Source of the DNA: Escherichia coli
Lineage (GTDB): Bacteria > Pseudomonadota > Gammaproteobacteria > Enterobacterales > Enterobacteriaceae
DNA: 64,000 bases
NCBI RefSeq assembly: GCF_002854065.1
Contig: NZ_CP024147.1
Direction: 5' to 3' (one strand)
The translations under genes and the position numbers were made by a program. The first letter of the stretch is position 1. Each line of letters begins with the position of its first letter. Positions 54,022 to 64,000 of this stretch are shown here, piece after piece. The notes below the pieces were generated by a model. That model saw only the letters and a list, made by a program, of their open reading frames with translations. It was not told the DNA's origin and made no database searches.

Positions 54022-55170
54022 ATGAAAGCATTACATTTTGGCGCAGGTAATATCGGTCGTGGCTTTATCGGTAAACTGCTGGCAGACGCGGGTATACAAC
54101 TGACGTTTGCCGATGTCAATCAGGTGGTACTTGATGCCCTGAATGCCCGTCATAGCTATCAGGTTCATGTGGTAGGTGAAACCGAGCAGGTAGATACCGT
54201 TTCCGGCGTCAATGCTGTCAGCAGCATTGGTGATGATGTCGTTGATCTCATTGCTCAGGTTGATTTAGTCACTACCGCCGTTGGCCCGGTAGTGCTGGAA
54301 CGTATTGCTCCGGCTATCGCCAAAGGGCTGGTGAAACGTAAAGAACAAGGTAATGAATCTCCGCTGAACATCATCGCTTGTGAAAACATGGTCCGCGGCA
54401 CCACGCAACTGAAAGGCCATGTGATGAACGCCCTGCCGGAAGACGCCAAAGCGTGGGTAGAAGAACACGTTGGCTTTGTCGATTCCGCCGTTGACCGCAT
54501 CGTACCGCCTTCGGCTTCGGCAACTAACGATCCGCTGGAAGTGACGGTAGAAACCTTCAGCGAATGGATTGTCGATAAAACTCAGTTCAAAGGCGCACTG
54601 CCGAACATCCCAGGCATGGAGTTAACCGACAACCTGATGGCATTTGTCGAACGTAAACTCTTCACCCTGAACACGGGTCATGCTATAACCGCGTACCTCG
54701 GAAAACTGGCCGGTCATCAGACCATTCGTGACGCTATTCTCGACGAGAAAATCCGCGCGGTGGTAAAAGGTGCGATGGAAGAAAGTGGCGCGGTACTGAT
54801 CAAGCGTTACGGCTTTGACGCTGACAAGCATGCGGCGTACATCCAGAAAATCCTCGGTCGTTTTGAGAACCCGTATCTGAAAGATGATGTAGAGCGCGTA
54901 GGCCGTCAGCCGCTGCGTAAACTGAGCGCAGGCGACCGTCTGATCAAGCCACTGCTCGGTACGCTGGAATACGGCCTCCCGTACAAAAATCTGATTCAGG
55001 GAATTGCCGCTGCAATGCACTTCCGCAGTGAAGATGATCCACAGGCTCAGGAACTGGCAGCACTGATCGCCGACAAAGGTCCGCAGGCGTCGCTGGCACA
55101 GATTTCCGGGCTTGATGCCAACAGCGAGGTTGTATCTGAGGCGGTAACCGCTTATAAAGCAATGCAATAA
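54022..55170 (+). CDS. mtlD: Mannitol-1-phosphate 5-dehydrogenase
   Basis: [34 protein letters not shown]..., 382 aa. The ORF-track start at 53704 reads through the repeat region and is not real. Confidence 0.97.
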   Translation: MKALHFGAGNIGRGFIGKLLADAGIQLTFADVNQVVLDALNARHSYQVHVVGETEQVDTVSGVNAVSSIGDDVVDLIAQVDLVTTAVGPVVLERIAPAIAKGLVKRKEQGNESPLNIIACENMVRGTTQLKGHVMNALPEDAKAWVEEHVGFVDSAVDRIVPPSASATNDPLEVTVETFSEWIVDKTQFKGALPNIPGMELTDNLMAFVERKLFTLNTGHAITAYLGKLAGHQTIRDAILDEKIRAVVKGAMEESGAVLIKRYGFDADKHAAYIQKILGRFENPYLKDDVERVGRQPLRKLSAGDRLIKPLLGTLEYGLPYKNLIQGIAAAMHFRSEDDPQAQELAALIADKGPQASLAQISGLDANSEVVSEAVTAYKAMQ

Positions 55171-55757
55171 TGGTGGACCAGGCGCAGGACACCCTGCGCC
55201 CGAATAACAGATTGTCAGATATGCAGGCAACAATGGAACAAACCCAGGCCTTTGAAAACCGTGTGCTTGAGCGTCTGAATGCTGGCAAAACCGTGCGAAG
55301 CTTTCTGATCACCGCCGTCGAGCTCCTGACCGAGGCGGTAAATCTTCTGGTGCTTCAGGTATTCCGCAAAGACGATTACGCGGTGAAATATGCTGTAGAA
55401 CCGTTACTCGACGGCGATGGTCCGCTGGGCGATCTTTCTGTGCGTTTAAAACTCATTTACGGGTTGGGCGTCATTAACCGCCTGGAATACGAAGATGCGG
55501 AGCTGCTGATGGCATTGCGTGAAGAACTAAATCACGACGGCAACGAGTACGCCTTTACCGACGACGAGATCCTTGGACCCTTTGGTGAACTGCACTGCGT
55601 GGCGGCGTTACCACCGCCGCCACAGTTTGAACCAGCAGACTCCAGTTTGTATGCAATGCAAATTCAGCGCTATCAACAGGCTGTGCGATCAACAATGGTC
55701 CTTTCACTGACAGAGCTGATTTCCAAAATCAGCTTAAAAAAAGCCTTTCAAAAGTAA
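55170..55757 (+). CDS. mtlR: Mannitol operon repressor
   Basis: 195 aa. The start overlaps the mtlD stop (TAATG). Confidence 0.93.
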   Translation: MVDQAQDTLRPNNRLSDMQATMEQTQAFENRVLERLNAGKTVRSFLITAVELLTEAVNLLVLQVFRKDDYAVKYAVEPLLDGDGPLGDLSVRLKLIYGLGVINRLEYEDAELLMALREELNHDGNEYAFTDDEILGPFGELHCVAALPPPPQFEPADSSLYAMQIQRYQQAVRSTMVLSLTELISKISLKKAFQK

Positions 55758-55768
55758 GCAACGTCTGC

Positions 55769-55978
55769 TTACTGCCCCTCTACCTGCTTCGGCCGATAAA
55801 GCCGACGATAATACTCCAGACGTTGTAGATATAACGGCACGCTTTCATCGGGTATTCCGGACGGAATCGCGTTACGGGGAGGAAGTTTTTTCAGATACTC
55901 CCGGAACGCCTGACTTGATGCCATGAAATCTACGGCTTTATCGATAAGAAGCGGAACGTTTTCACCTAATTTGCCCAT
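55769..55978 (-). CDS. yibT: Small protein YibT
   Basis: 69-aa [34 protein letters not shown]..., in the position it holds in K-12. Confidence 0.8.
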
Positions 55979-56262
55979 GATGATATCTCCGTATTACCCC
56001 GCGCCGGGAATGCGCGGCCGCCAATTTTAGTTTAGGTTCCCGGTAAAGATGACATTAAGGAAAACGTGCTGAATCCTCAATAATCATCCGCTTCTGTTTA
56101 TTATCTTTTTTCTATAGATTTCTTAATTAATCAATAAATTGCGTAGTTTTTAAGCATATTAATGATTACGTTGCAGAACTATTGCAATGTCATCAGTTGT
56201 GAACAAAGCACCTGGTCGCGCATACTAGGGGCTATAAATTTATCTTTATCAGAAGCCATCAC

Positions 56263-56625
56263 ATGAAAGAAGTCGAAAAAAACGAAATCAAACGTCTCAG
56301 CGATCGTCTGGACGCCATCCGCCACCAGCAGGCCGATCTGTCGCTGGTTGAAGCCGCAGACAAATATGCCGAGCTGGAAAAAGAGAAAGCCACGCTGGAA
56401 GCAGAAATTGCCCGCCTGCGTGAAGTTCACAGCCAGAAACTGAGTAAAGAAGCACAGAAGCTGATGAAGATGCCGTTTCAGCGCGCAATTACCAAAAAAG
56501 AGCAGGCTGATATGGGCAAGCTGAAGAAAAGTGTTCGCGGACTGGTGGTTGTTCACCCAATGACCGCGCTGGGCCGCGAAATGGGCCTGGAAGAGATGAC
56601 CGGCTTCTCAAAGACCGCGTTTTAA
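56263..56625 (+). CDS. yibL: Ribosome-associated protein YibL (DUF2810)
   Basis: 120-aa [58 protein letters not shown].... Confidence 0.88.
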   Translation: MKEVEKNEIKRLSDRLDAIRHQQADLSLVEAADKYAELEKEKATLEAEIARLREVHSQKLSKEAQKLMKMPFQRAITKKEQADMGKLKKSVRGLVVVHPMTALGREMGLEEMTGFSKTAF

Positions 56626-56669
56626 GTCCCCTACTGGTCAATACAACTAAAGTTTCCTCATTTTTATTC

Positions 56670-56700
56670 GCTCCTGCTGGCACATGCAGGAGCATATTTC
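56670..56700 (+). terminator. Candidate yibL terminator
   Basis: Stem GCTCCTGC (56670-56677) / GCAGGAGC (56686-56693), followed by ATATTTC. Confidence 0.55.
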
Positions 56701-56953
56701 AGATATCGAAATCTATTAACATTATCTTTTCAATTCTTCCCACTCACCTGAATAATTTTAGCAGGTTAAAATCTGAAAATATGTTACGCAATAAAAGTTA
56801 ATATATAATTTACAGCTATAAATATCAGCATAAACATGCTTATATCATAACTATTTATTTATATTTTCCAACTCAAACCGTCCTTGTCATCATAAAACAT
56901 TCACCATATAAATATTATCCTTTGCCTTTTTCTCACCTTATCCCTTTAAAAAT

Positions 56954-56983
56954 TTGACATCGATTGACACCAATCATTAGAAT
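56954..56983 (+). promoter_or_regulatory. Near-consensus sigma70 promoter candidate upstream of the lipoprotein-adhesin pair
   Basis: TTGACA (56954-56959), an 18-nt spacer, then TAGAAT (56978-56983). It lies in a ~470-bp AT-rich spacer about 190 nt upstream of the ATG at 57171. Confidence 0.4.
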
Positions 56984-57170
56984 CCGCGCGATTAATATAA
57001 TAATCGGCAACAAACTAAAATATTTCCGCATTGAATAACACATTCACAGTAACGACCAATTAAAAATATTATAAATTTTCACCGTGAATTTATTTAGCTT
57101 AATCATTCATAAAACAAATGATTGTAAAGTAATTTTCAACGCATCAGGATTATGAAAAGGAATTCATCCT

Positions 57171-57854
57171 ATGAATCTAAAAAAGACACTATTAAGCGTG
57201 TTAATGATATCGCCACTCTGCATATTGACAGGGTGTGACTATATTGGAAAAGCAAAACTAATCGACGATCTCTCCAAACAACAAGAGTTGCAAAAAGGTA
57301 AAATAGAGCAACTTGAAAAACAACAAGAACAAGATAAACGCAAGATAGAACTATTTGAAAAACAGCAAACTGCCATCATAAATAGTACCAAAACGCTTGC
57401 TAGTGTGGTGAAGGCGGTTAAAGAAAAGCAGGATGAATTTGTCTTCACAGAATTTAACCCAGCACAAACACAATACTTCATTTTAAATAACGGCTCTGTC
57501 GGTTTGGCGGGTCGGGTGCTGGCTATTGATGCAGTTGAAAACGGCAGCGTTATTCGTATTTCGCTGGTCAACCTATTAAGCGTTCCCGTATCAAATATTG
57601 GTTTTCATGCTACATGGGGCAATGAAAGGCCCACCGATGCCAAAGCTCTGGCGAAGTGGCAACAATTACTTTTCAATACCACCCTGAATTCCACTCTGCA
57701 ATTAATGCCTGGTCAATGGCAAGACATTAATCTGACATTAAAAGGCGTTTCGCCTAATAACCTGAAGTATCTGAAGTTGTCCATCAATATGGACAATCTC
57801 CAGTTCGACACAGTTCAACCTGCTGAAACTCGGCAGCGAAAAAACAAAAAATAA
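57171..57854 (+). CDS. Inner-membrane lipoprotein with an N-terminal coiled coil, SadB-like (trimeric-autotransporter helper)
   Basis: 227 aa. Lipobox LTGC with Asp at +2 (CDY, an inner-membrane retention signal). A heptad-rich segment QQELQKGKIEQLEKQQEQDKRKIELFEKQQ follows. The gene lies immediately upstream of the TAA gene. Confidence 0.75.
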   Translation: MNLKKTLLSVLMISPLCILTGCDYIGKAKLIDDLSKQQELQKGKIEQLEKQQEQDKRKIELFEKQQTAIINSTKTLASVVKAVKEKQDEFVFTEFNPAQTQYFILNNGSVGLAGRVLAIDAVENGSVIRISLVNLLSVPVSNIGFHATWGNERPTDAKALAKWQQLLFNTTLNSTLQLMPGQWQDINLTLKGVSPNNLKYLKLSINMDNLQFDTVQPAETRQRKNKK

Positions 57855-57897
57855 ATGCAGCTTCTGCGCTTATATCAAGGAATAGAGAACATCAATA

Positions 57898-60800
57898 ATG
57901 AACAAAATATTTAAAGTAATCTGGAATCCGGCGACGGGCAGTTATAGCGTTGCCAGCGAAACGGCGAAGAGCCGTGGTAAGAAATCTGGTCGCAGTAAGC
58001 TGTTAATTTCTGCACTGGTTGCGGGTGGAATGTTGTCGTCGTTTGGGGCAAATGCCAGTGCGACACTTGATGGAGGTTCATCTATTGAAGACCCATCAAT
58101 GGGTACTCGCTGGCTTGCAATCGGTGAGGGCGCAAAAGCAACATCCGCGTTACAAGGTGATGGATATACCGTTGCGATAGGGCTTAATGCACTAGCAGAT
58201 GGTCAGGGTAGTCTTGCATTCGGCTACGATACCCACTCATCGGGTGATCGTTCTATCTCTATTGGCCAATATGCTGAATCCGCAGGAAACAGAACCATTG
58301 CTTTCGGTAGTGGGTCCAAGGCAATAGGAGACTATTCGCTTGCATTAGGAGGAACTACCTATACAGGTGGTGACTACTCCATTGCAGTGGGTAGGGATTC
58401 GAGGGTAGAAGACGATGCTGATTACGCCTCCTCTTTTGGTTACGGCGCCAAGGCAGGCGGGGTCTATAGCATGGCATTCGGTTTCGAAACTAAAGCTAAT
58501 GCCGTTGACAGCCTGGCAATGGGACGACTAGCTACAGCCAGTGCAGCAAACGCTATTGCGATAGGTGCAGAGGCTGAAGCCGCTGAAAATGCGATGGCTA
58601 TTGGCAATAATGCGAAGGCAAAAGGGACTAATAGCATGGCAATGGGGTTCGGAAGCCACGCCGATAAAGTCAATACTATCGCATTAGGAAATGGCAGCCA
58701 GGCTCTGGCAGATAATGCAATCGCCATAGGCCAGGGCAACAAAGCTGATGGCGTGGATGCCATCGCTCTGGGTAATGGTAGCCAGTCGAGAGGCTTAAAC
58801 ACCATTGCCTTAGGCACAGCCAGTAATGCAACTGGTGATAAGAGTCTTGCGCTTGGTAGTGATACCACTGCCAACGGTATTAACTCCGTCGCATTGGGTG
58901 CAGGTTCCACTGCGGATTTAGACAATACCGTCTCTGTCGACAATAGTTCATTAAAACGCAAGATCGTTAATGTGAAAAATGGCGCGATCAAGTCTGACAG
59001 TTACGATGCCATTAATGGTTCACAGCTTTATGCCATTAGCGACTCGGTAGCACAAAGGCTTGGGGGAGGATCATCAGTAGATGTTGATGACGGTACTGTT
59101 ACAGCACCAACCTACAATTTAAAAAATGGTAGCAAAAAGAACGTAGGGGCTGCGCTCACTGTACTTGATGAAAACACCCTGCAATGGGACCAAATCAAAG
59201 GCAAATACAGCGCTGCTCATGGTACTAGTAGCCCAACTGCCAGCGTAATCACCGATGTTGCGGATGGCACGATTTCAGCCTCCAGTAAGGAGGCGGTTAA
59301 CGGCTCCCAACTGCAAGCTACCAATGACGATGTTGAGGCCAACACCACCAATATCACCAACCTGACGGATTCCGTTGGTGACCTTCAGGCTGATGCCCTG
59401 CTCTGGAACGAAACTAAAAAGGCATTCAGTGCAGCTCACGGCCAGGATACCACCAGCAAAATCACCAACGTTAAAGATGGCGACCTGACGGCTGGCAGCA
59501 CTGATGCCGTTAACGGCTCTCAGCTGAAAACCACCAACGATGCTGTGGCGACGAATACCACCAATATCGCCAATAACACTTCCAATATTGCCACTAACAC
59601 CACCAACATCTCTAACCTGACTGAGACGGTGACTAACCTTGGTGAAGATGCGCTGAAATGGGATAAGGACAATTGTGTCTTCACGGCAGCTCATGGCACC
59701 GATGCCACCAGCAAAATCACCAATGTTAAAGATGGCGACCTGACGGCTGGCAGCACTGATGCCGTTAACGGCTCTCAGCTGAAAACTACCAACGATGCTG
59801 TGGCGACGAATACCACCAATATCGCCAATAACACTTCCAATATTGCCACTAACTCCACCAACATCTCTAACCTGACTGAGACGGTGACTAATCTTGGTGA
59901 GGATGCTCTGAAATGGGATAAGGACAATGGTGTCTTCACGGCAGCTCACGGCACCGAGGCCACCAGCAAAATCACCAACGTTAAAGATGCCGACCTGACG
60001 GCTGACAGCACCGATGCCGTTAACGGCTCTCAGCTGAAAACCACCAACGATGCCGTGGCGACGAATACCACCAATATCGCCACTAACACTTCCAATATTG
60101 CCACTAACACCACCAACATCTCTAACCTGACTGAGACGGTGACTAACCTTGGTGAAGATGCGCTGAAATGGGATAAGGACAATGGTGTATTCACGGCAGC
60201 TCACGGCACAGAAGCCACCAGCAAAATCACCAACGTTAAAGATGCCGACCTGACGGCTGGCAGCACTGATGCCGTTAACGGCTCCCAGCTGAAAACCACC
60301 AACGATGCTGTGGCGACGAATACCACCAATATTGCCACTAACACCACCAACATCTCTAACCTGACTGAGACGGTGACTAATCTTGGTGAGGATGCGCTGA
60401 AATGGGATAAGGACAATGGTGTATTCACGGCAGCTCATGGCAACAACACCGCCAGCAAAATCACCAATATCCTGGACGGCACAGTCACTGCAACCAGTTC
60501 CGATGCCATTAACGGCAGCCAGCTTTATGACTTAAGCAGCAATATCGCCACCTACTTCGGCGGCAATGCTTCTGTGAATACTGACGGTGTGTTTACCGGT
60601 CCAACCTACAAAATCGGTGAAACAAATTATTATAACGTCGGCGATGCACTGGCTGCGATTAACTCCTCATTTAGCACGTCTCTCGGCGATGCCCTGCTTT
60701 GGGACGCTTCCGTAGATAAATTTAGTGCCAAACACGGTACTAATGGTGACGCAAGCGTGATCACTGATGTCGCAAACGGGGATGTTTCAAGCACAAGCTC

Positions 60801-63111
60801 TGATGCTGTGAACGGCTCGCAACTCTATACCACCAATAAGTACGTCGTAGATGCGCTGGGTGGTGGTGCCGAAGTCAATGCAGACGGCACCATCACTGCG
60901 CCGACGTACACCATTGCTAATGCTGATTACGATAACGTCGGTGATGCCCTGAACGCCATCGACACCACTCTCGATGATGCTCTGCTCTGGGATACGGACG
61001 CCGGTGAAAATGGTGCATTTAGCGCCGCTCACGGAAAAGATAAAACTGCCAGTGTAATCACTAACGTCGCAAACGGTGCAATTTCCTCCACCAGCAGCGA
61101 TGCTGTTAACGGCTCACAACTCTATACTACCAATCAGTACATAGTCGATGCGCTGGGTGGTGACGCAGAAGTTAACGCTGACGGCACCATCACCGCACCG
61201 ACTTACACCATTGCGAATACCGATTACAACAACGTCGGTGACGCCCTGGATGCGCTTGATGATAACGCCCTGCTGTGGGATGAGACTGCCAATGGCGGTG
61301 CAGGAGCCTACAATGCCAGCCATGACGGTAAAGCCAGCATCATCACTAATGTCGCTGATGGCAGTATTAGTGAGGACAGCACCGATGCAGTGAACGGTTC
61401 TCAGTTGAATGCGACGAATATGATGATTGAGCAGAACAGCCAAATCATCAATCAGCTTGCTGGTAATACCGACGCAACCTATATCGAAGAAAATGGCGCT
61501 GGTATCAACTACGTTCGTACTAACGACAACGGTTTAGCCTTTAACGATGCAAGCGCCTCTGGTGTCGGCGCTACAGCTGTAGGTTATAACGCTGTCGCGT
61601 CTGGTGCCAGCAGCGTAGCCATTGGTCAGAACAGCAGCAGCACCGTTGATACCGGTATTGCGCTGGGTAGCAGCTCCGTTTCCAGCCGTGTAATTGCCAA
61701 AGGTTCTCGTGACACTAGCGTAACGGAAAATGGCGTGGTGATTGGTTATGACACCACTGACGGCGAACTGCTAGGTGCATTGTCAATTGGTGATGACGGT
61801 AAATACCGCCAAATCATCAACGTAGCTGATGGTTCAGAAGCCCATGACGCCGTTACGGTTCGTCAGTTGCAGAACGCTATTGGAGCGGTCGCCACTACGC
61901 CAACCAAGTACTTTCACGCCAACTCAACGGCAGAAGACTCACTGGCCGTTGGTGAAGACTCGCTGGCAATGGGTGCGAAAACTGTCGTTAATGGTAATGC
62001 AGGTATTGGTATCGGTTTGAACACTCTGGTTCTGGCTGATGCGATCAACGGCATTGCTATCGGCAGTAACGCACGCGCAAACCATGCAAACAGTATTGCA
62101 ATGGGTAACGGTTCTCAGACCACCCGTGGTGCACAGACTGGCTACACCGCCTACAACATGGACGCACCGCAGAACTCTGTAGGTGAGTTTTCTGTTGGTA
62201 GTGAAGACGGTCAACGTCAGATCACCAACGTCGCAGCTGGTTCAGCGGATACCGATGCGGTTAACGTGGGTCAGTTGAAAGTCACTGATGAGCGCGTAGC
62301 GCAAAATACCCAGAGCATTACTAACCTGAACAATCAGGTCACTAATCTGGATACTCGCGTTACTAATATCGAAAACGGTATTGGCGATATCGTGACCACC
62401 GGTAGCACCAAGTACTTCAAGACCAACACCGATGGCGTAGATGCCAACGCCCAGGGTAAAGATAGCGTTGCGATTGGTTCTGGTTCCATTGCTGCCGCTG
62501 ACAACAGCGTCGCACTGGGTACAGGCTCCGTGGCCAACGAAGAAAACACGATCTCTGTGGGTTCTTCTACCAACCAGCGCCGTATCACCAACGTAGCTGC
62601 CGGTGTTAATGCCACCGATGCGGTTAACGTGTCGCAGCTGAAATCTTCTGAAGCAGGCGGCGTTCGCTACGACACCAAAGCTGATGGCTCTATCGACTAC
62701 AGCAACATCACTCTTGGTGGTGGCAACGGAGGTACGACTCGCATCAGCAACGTTTCCGCAGGTGTGAACAACAACGACGCGGTGAACTACGCGCAGTTGA
62801 AGCAAAGCGTGCAGGAAACAAAGCAATACACCGATCAGCGCATGGTTGAGATGGATAACAAACTGTCTAAAACTGAAAGCAAGTTGAGCGGGGGTATCGC
62901 TTCTGCAATGGCAATGACCGGTCTGCCGCAGGCTTACACTCCAGGTGCCAGCATGGCTTCTATTGGTGGCGGTACTTACAACGGTGAATCGGCAGTTGCT
63001 TTAGGTGTATCGATGGTGAGCGCCAATGGTCGTTGGGTCTACAAATTACAAGGTAGTACCAATAGCCAGGGTGAATACTCCGCCGCACTCGGTGCCGGTA
63101 TTCAGTGGTAA
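57898..63111 (+). CDS. upaG: Trimeric autotransporter adhesin (UpaG/EhaG/SadA family)
   Basis: 1737 aa. Extended signal peptide [29 protein letters not shown]...FGANA. YadA-like head repeats (NSMAMGFGS.., NTIALGNGS.., NAIAIGQGN..). DALL-type (DALLWD) and HANS (KYFHANS) motifs, and necks ([30 protein letters not shown]). C-terminal YadA anchor ending ...AALGAGIQW. Confidence 0.92.
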   Translation: MNKIFKVIWNPATGSYSVASETAKSRGKKSGRSKLLISALVAGGMLSSFGANASATLDGGSSIEDPSMGTRWLAIGEGAKATSALQGDGYTVAIGLNALADGQGSLAFGYDTHSSGDRSISIGQYAESAGNRTIAFGSGSKAIGDYSLALGGTTYTGGDYSIAVGRDSRVEDDADYASSFGYGAKAGGVYSMAFGFETKANAVDSLAMGRLATASAANAIAIGAEAEAAENAMAIGNNAKAKGTNSMAMGFGSHADKVNTIALGNGSQALADNAIAIGQGNKADGVDAIALGNGSQSRGLNTIALGTASNATGDKSLALGSDTTANGINSVALGAGSTADLDNTVSVDNSSLKRKIVNVKNGAIKSDSYDAINGSQLYAISDSVAQRLGGGSSVDVDDGTVTAPTYNLKNGSKKNVGAALTVLDENTLQWDQIKGKYSAAHGTSSPTASVITDVADGTISASSKEAVNGSQLQATNDDVEANTTNITNLTDSVGDLQADALLWNETKKAFSAAHGQDTTSKITNVKDGDLTAGSTDAVNGSQLKTTNDAVATNTTNIANNTSNIATNTTNISNLTETVTNLGEDALKWDKDNCVFTAAHGTDATSKITNVKDGDLTAGSTDAVNGSQLKTTNDAVATNTTNIANNTSNIATNSTNISNLTETVTNLGEDALKWDKDNGVFTAAHGTEATSKITNVKDADLTADSTDAVNGSQLKTTNDAVATNTTNIATNTSNIATNTTNISNLTETVTNLGEDALKWDKDNGVFTAAHGTEATSKITNVKDADLTAGSTDAVNGSQLKTTNDAVATNTTNIATNTTNISNLTETVTNLGEDALKWDKDNGVFTAAHGNNTASKITNILDGTVTATSSDAINGSQLYDLSSNIATYFGGNASVNTDGVFTGPTYKIGETNYYNVGDALAAINSSFSTSLGDALLWDASVDKFSAKHGTNGDASVITDVANGDVSSTSSDAVNGSQLYTTNKYVVDALGGGAEVNADGTITAPTYTIANADYDNVGDALNAIDTTLDDALLWDTDAGENGAFSAAHGKDKTASVITNVANGAISSTSSDAVNGSQLYTTNQYIVDALGGDAEVNADGTITAPTYTIANTDYNNVGDALDALDDNALLWDETANGGAGAYNASHDGKASIITNVADGSISEDSTDAVNGSQLNATNMMIEQNSQIINQLAGNTDATYIEENGAGINYVRTNDNGLAFNDASASGVGATAVGYNAVASGASSVAIGQNSSSTVDTGIALGSSSVSSRVIAKGSRDTSVTENGVVIGYDTTDGELLGALSIGDDGKYRQIINVADGSEAHDAVTVRQLQNAIGAVATTPTKYFHANSTAEDSLAVGEDSLAMGAKTVVNGNAGIGIGLNTLVLADAINGIAIGSNARANHANSIAMGNGSQTTRGAQTGYTAYNMDAPQNSVGEFSVGSEDGQRQITNVAAGSADTDAVNVGQLKVTDERVAQNTQSITNLNNQVTNLDTRVTNIENGIGDIVTTGSTKYFKTNTDGVDANAQGKDSVAIGSGSIAAADNSVALGTGSVANEENTISVGSSTNQRRITNVAAGVNATDAVNVSQLKSSEAGGVRYDTKADGSIDYSNITLGGGNGGTTRISNVSAGVNNNDAVNYAQLKQSVQETKQYTDQRMVEMDNKLSKTESKLSGGIASAMAMTGLPQAYTPGASMASIGGGTYNGESAVALGVSMVSANGRWVYKLQGSTNSQGEYSAALGAGIQW
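59392..60470 (+). repeat. In-frame tandem repeat, 255-nt (85-aa) unit, about 4.3 copies, within the adhesin stalk
   Basis: Units start at 59392, 59647, 59902, 60157 and 60391. The spacing is 255, 255, 255 and then 234 nt. Copies are near-identical ([85 protein letters not shown]). Confidence 0.95.
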
Positions 63112-63149
63112 TGATCCATTAAGTTAGTGTGACTAAGGGCAAACGCCAA

Positions 63150-63238
63150 ATTGCCTGATGCGCTACGCTTATCAGGCCTACAGGGTGATTCTGCACATTC
63201 CTATAGGCCGAGTAAGGTGTTCACGCCGCATCTGGCAA
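63150..63238. repeat. BIME (two REP units) after the adhesin gene
   Basis: TTGCCTGATGCGCTACGCTTATCAGGCCTACAG ... ATAGGCCGAGTAAGGTGTTCACGCCGCATCTGGCA. Confidence 0.88.
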
Positions 63239-63264
63239 GATAAGGCGCACCGGGTCAACAATCT

Positions 63265-63300
63265 AAGGGCAATTCTCTGATGAGGATTGCCCTTTTCTTT
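63265..63300 (+). terminator. Rho-independent terminator
   Basis: Stem AAGGGCAAT (63265-63273) / ATTGCCCTT (63286-63294), followed by TTCTTT. Confidence 0.75.
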
Positions 63301-63322
63301 ACCAGACATCTCCCCCCACAAG

Positions 63323-63339
63323 AATTGGCCCTACCAATT
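63323..63339 (+). promoter_or_regulatory. LldR operator O1
   Basis: AATTGG-CCCTA-CCAATT has perfect 6-bp palindromic arms. Its centre is 126 bp from the second site, matching the O1/O2 layout I recall for lldPRD. Confidence 0.7.
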
Positions 63340-63448
63340 CTTCGCTTATCTGACCTCTGGTTCACAATTCCCCAATTAAAACTCACATCAATGTTGCCAA
63401 TACATAACATTTAGTTAACCATTCATTGTCATTATCCCTACACAACAC

Positions 63449-63465
63449 AATTGGCAGTGCCACTT
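63449..63465 (+). promoter_or_regulatory. LldR operator O2
   Basis: AATTGGCAGTGCCACTT is an imperfect copy of the O1 palindrome, upstream of the lldP ATG. Confidence 0.65.
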
Positions 63466-63537
63466 TTACACAACGTGTGACAAGGAGATGAGCAACAGAC
63501 TCATTACACGATGTGCGTGGACTCCAGGAGACCTGCA

Positions 63538-64000
63538 ATGAATCTCTGGCAACAAAACTACGATCCCGCCGGGAATATCTGGCTTTCCAGCCTGATAGCA
63601 TCGCTTCCCATCCTGTTTTTCTTCTTTGCGCTGATTAAGCTCAAACTGAAAGGATACATCGCCGCCTCATGGACAGTGGCAATCGCCCTTGCCGTGGCTT
63701 TGCTGTTCTATAAAATGCCGGTCGCTAACGCGCTGGCCTCGGTGATTTATGGCTTCTTCTACGGGTTGTGGCCCATCGCGTGGATCATTATTGCAGCGGT
63801 GTTCGTCTATAAGATCTCGGTGAAAACCGGGCAGTTTGACATCATTCGCTCGTCTATTCTTTCGATAACCCCTGACCAGCGTCTGCAAATGCTGATCGTC
63901 GGTTTCTGTTTCGGCGCGTTCCTCGAAGGAGCTGCAGGCTTTGGCGCACCGGTAGCAATTACCGCCGCATTGCTGGTCGGTCTGGGCTTTAAACCACTGT
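63538..64000 (+). CDS. lldP: L-lactate permease, 5' part (runs off the window end)
   Basis: ATG behind AGGAG. Translation is [61 protein letters not shown]..., recognised as LldP. There is no stop before position 64000. Confidence 0.93.
   Translation, partial: MNLWQQNYDPAGNIWLSSLIASLPILFFFFALIKLKLKGYIAASWTVAIALAVALLFYKMPVANALASVIYGFFYGLWPIAWIIIAAVFVYKISVKTGQFDIIRSSILSITPDQRLQMLIVGFCFGAFLEGAAGFGAPVAITAALLVGLGFKPL

Noticed and set aside
59275-60438. 387-aa minus-strand ORF, plus other minus-strand ORFs at 58464-58991 and 62242-62826, within the adhesin gene.
   Set aside because: The open frame is maintained only because the sense-strand tandem repeat is itself repetitive and stop-poor in the reverse frame. 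The product is a repeat of meaningless GGV/IGD strings. It is not a separate gene.
59392-60470. Regularly spaced repeats that could superficially suggest a CRISPR-like array.
   Set aside because: The units are 255 nt with no unique spacers. They are in frame within a 1737-aa ORF and encode recognisable adhesin stalk modules. No cas genes are nearby.
56741-63345. A shared 9-mer, CAATTCTTC, near both ends of the yibL-lldP insert (about 56745 and about 63336), considered as a possible att site or target duplication.
   Set aside because: The match is only 9 nt in AT-rich DNA. The right-hand copy is part of the LldR O1 operator flank. No integrase or IS ends are associated with it, so it is most likely chance.
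63383-63888. Minus-strand ORFs of 72 aa and 73 aa over the lldP promoter and the lldP 5' coding region.
   Set aside because: They are antisense to the lldP leader and coding sequence, which is unambiguous ([13 protein letters not shown]...), and have no supporting signals.

Overview
This window is an Escherichia coli-type chromosome segment. It is collinear with the K-12 yhjX ... lldP region (tag, bisC, ghrB, cspA, glyQS, xylBA/xylFGHR, malS, avtA, aldB, selAB, mtlADR) but comes from a non-K-12 strain. The core genes look intact and were recognised from their translated sequences. Several ORF-track starts were trimmed to the conserved start codon.

Strain-specific content, in window order:
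- An lpf-type fimbrial operon lies beside yhjX, and its chaperone gene is split by IS1 with a 9-bp target duplication.
- The hokA locus is decayed and lacks its 5' end. It carries what looks like a 12-nt IS150-type terminal scar.
- IS2 sits inside yiaA with a 5-bp duplication.
- The K-12 yiaJ-yiaKLMNO-lyxK-sgbHUE block is replaced by a 3-gene AraC regulator / GPH symporter / GH127 glycosidase locus. A 46-codon yiaJ remnant is left behind.
- Two directly repeated, non-identical IS1 copies lie between yiaY (5'-truncated) and selB.
- The rhsA element is absent between yibF and yibH.
- A ~6.5-kb insert between yibL and lldP encodes a SadB-like inner-membrane lipoprotein and a 1737-aa trimeric autotransporter adhesin with near-perfect 255-nt tandem repeats.

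There is no CRISPR array, tRNA/rRNA gene, prophage or recognisable defence system. The best candidates for under-described biology are:
- the two paralogous small-membrane-protein + HlyD-like adaptor cassettes (yiaW-yiaV, yibI-yibH), neither of which has a pump partner in the window;
- the uncharacterised GH127 sugar-utilisation locus.

Everything rests on reading the sequence and on memory of the E. coli gene families. No searches were run.
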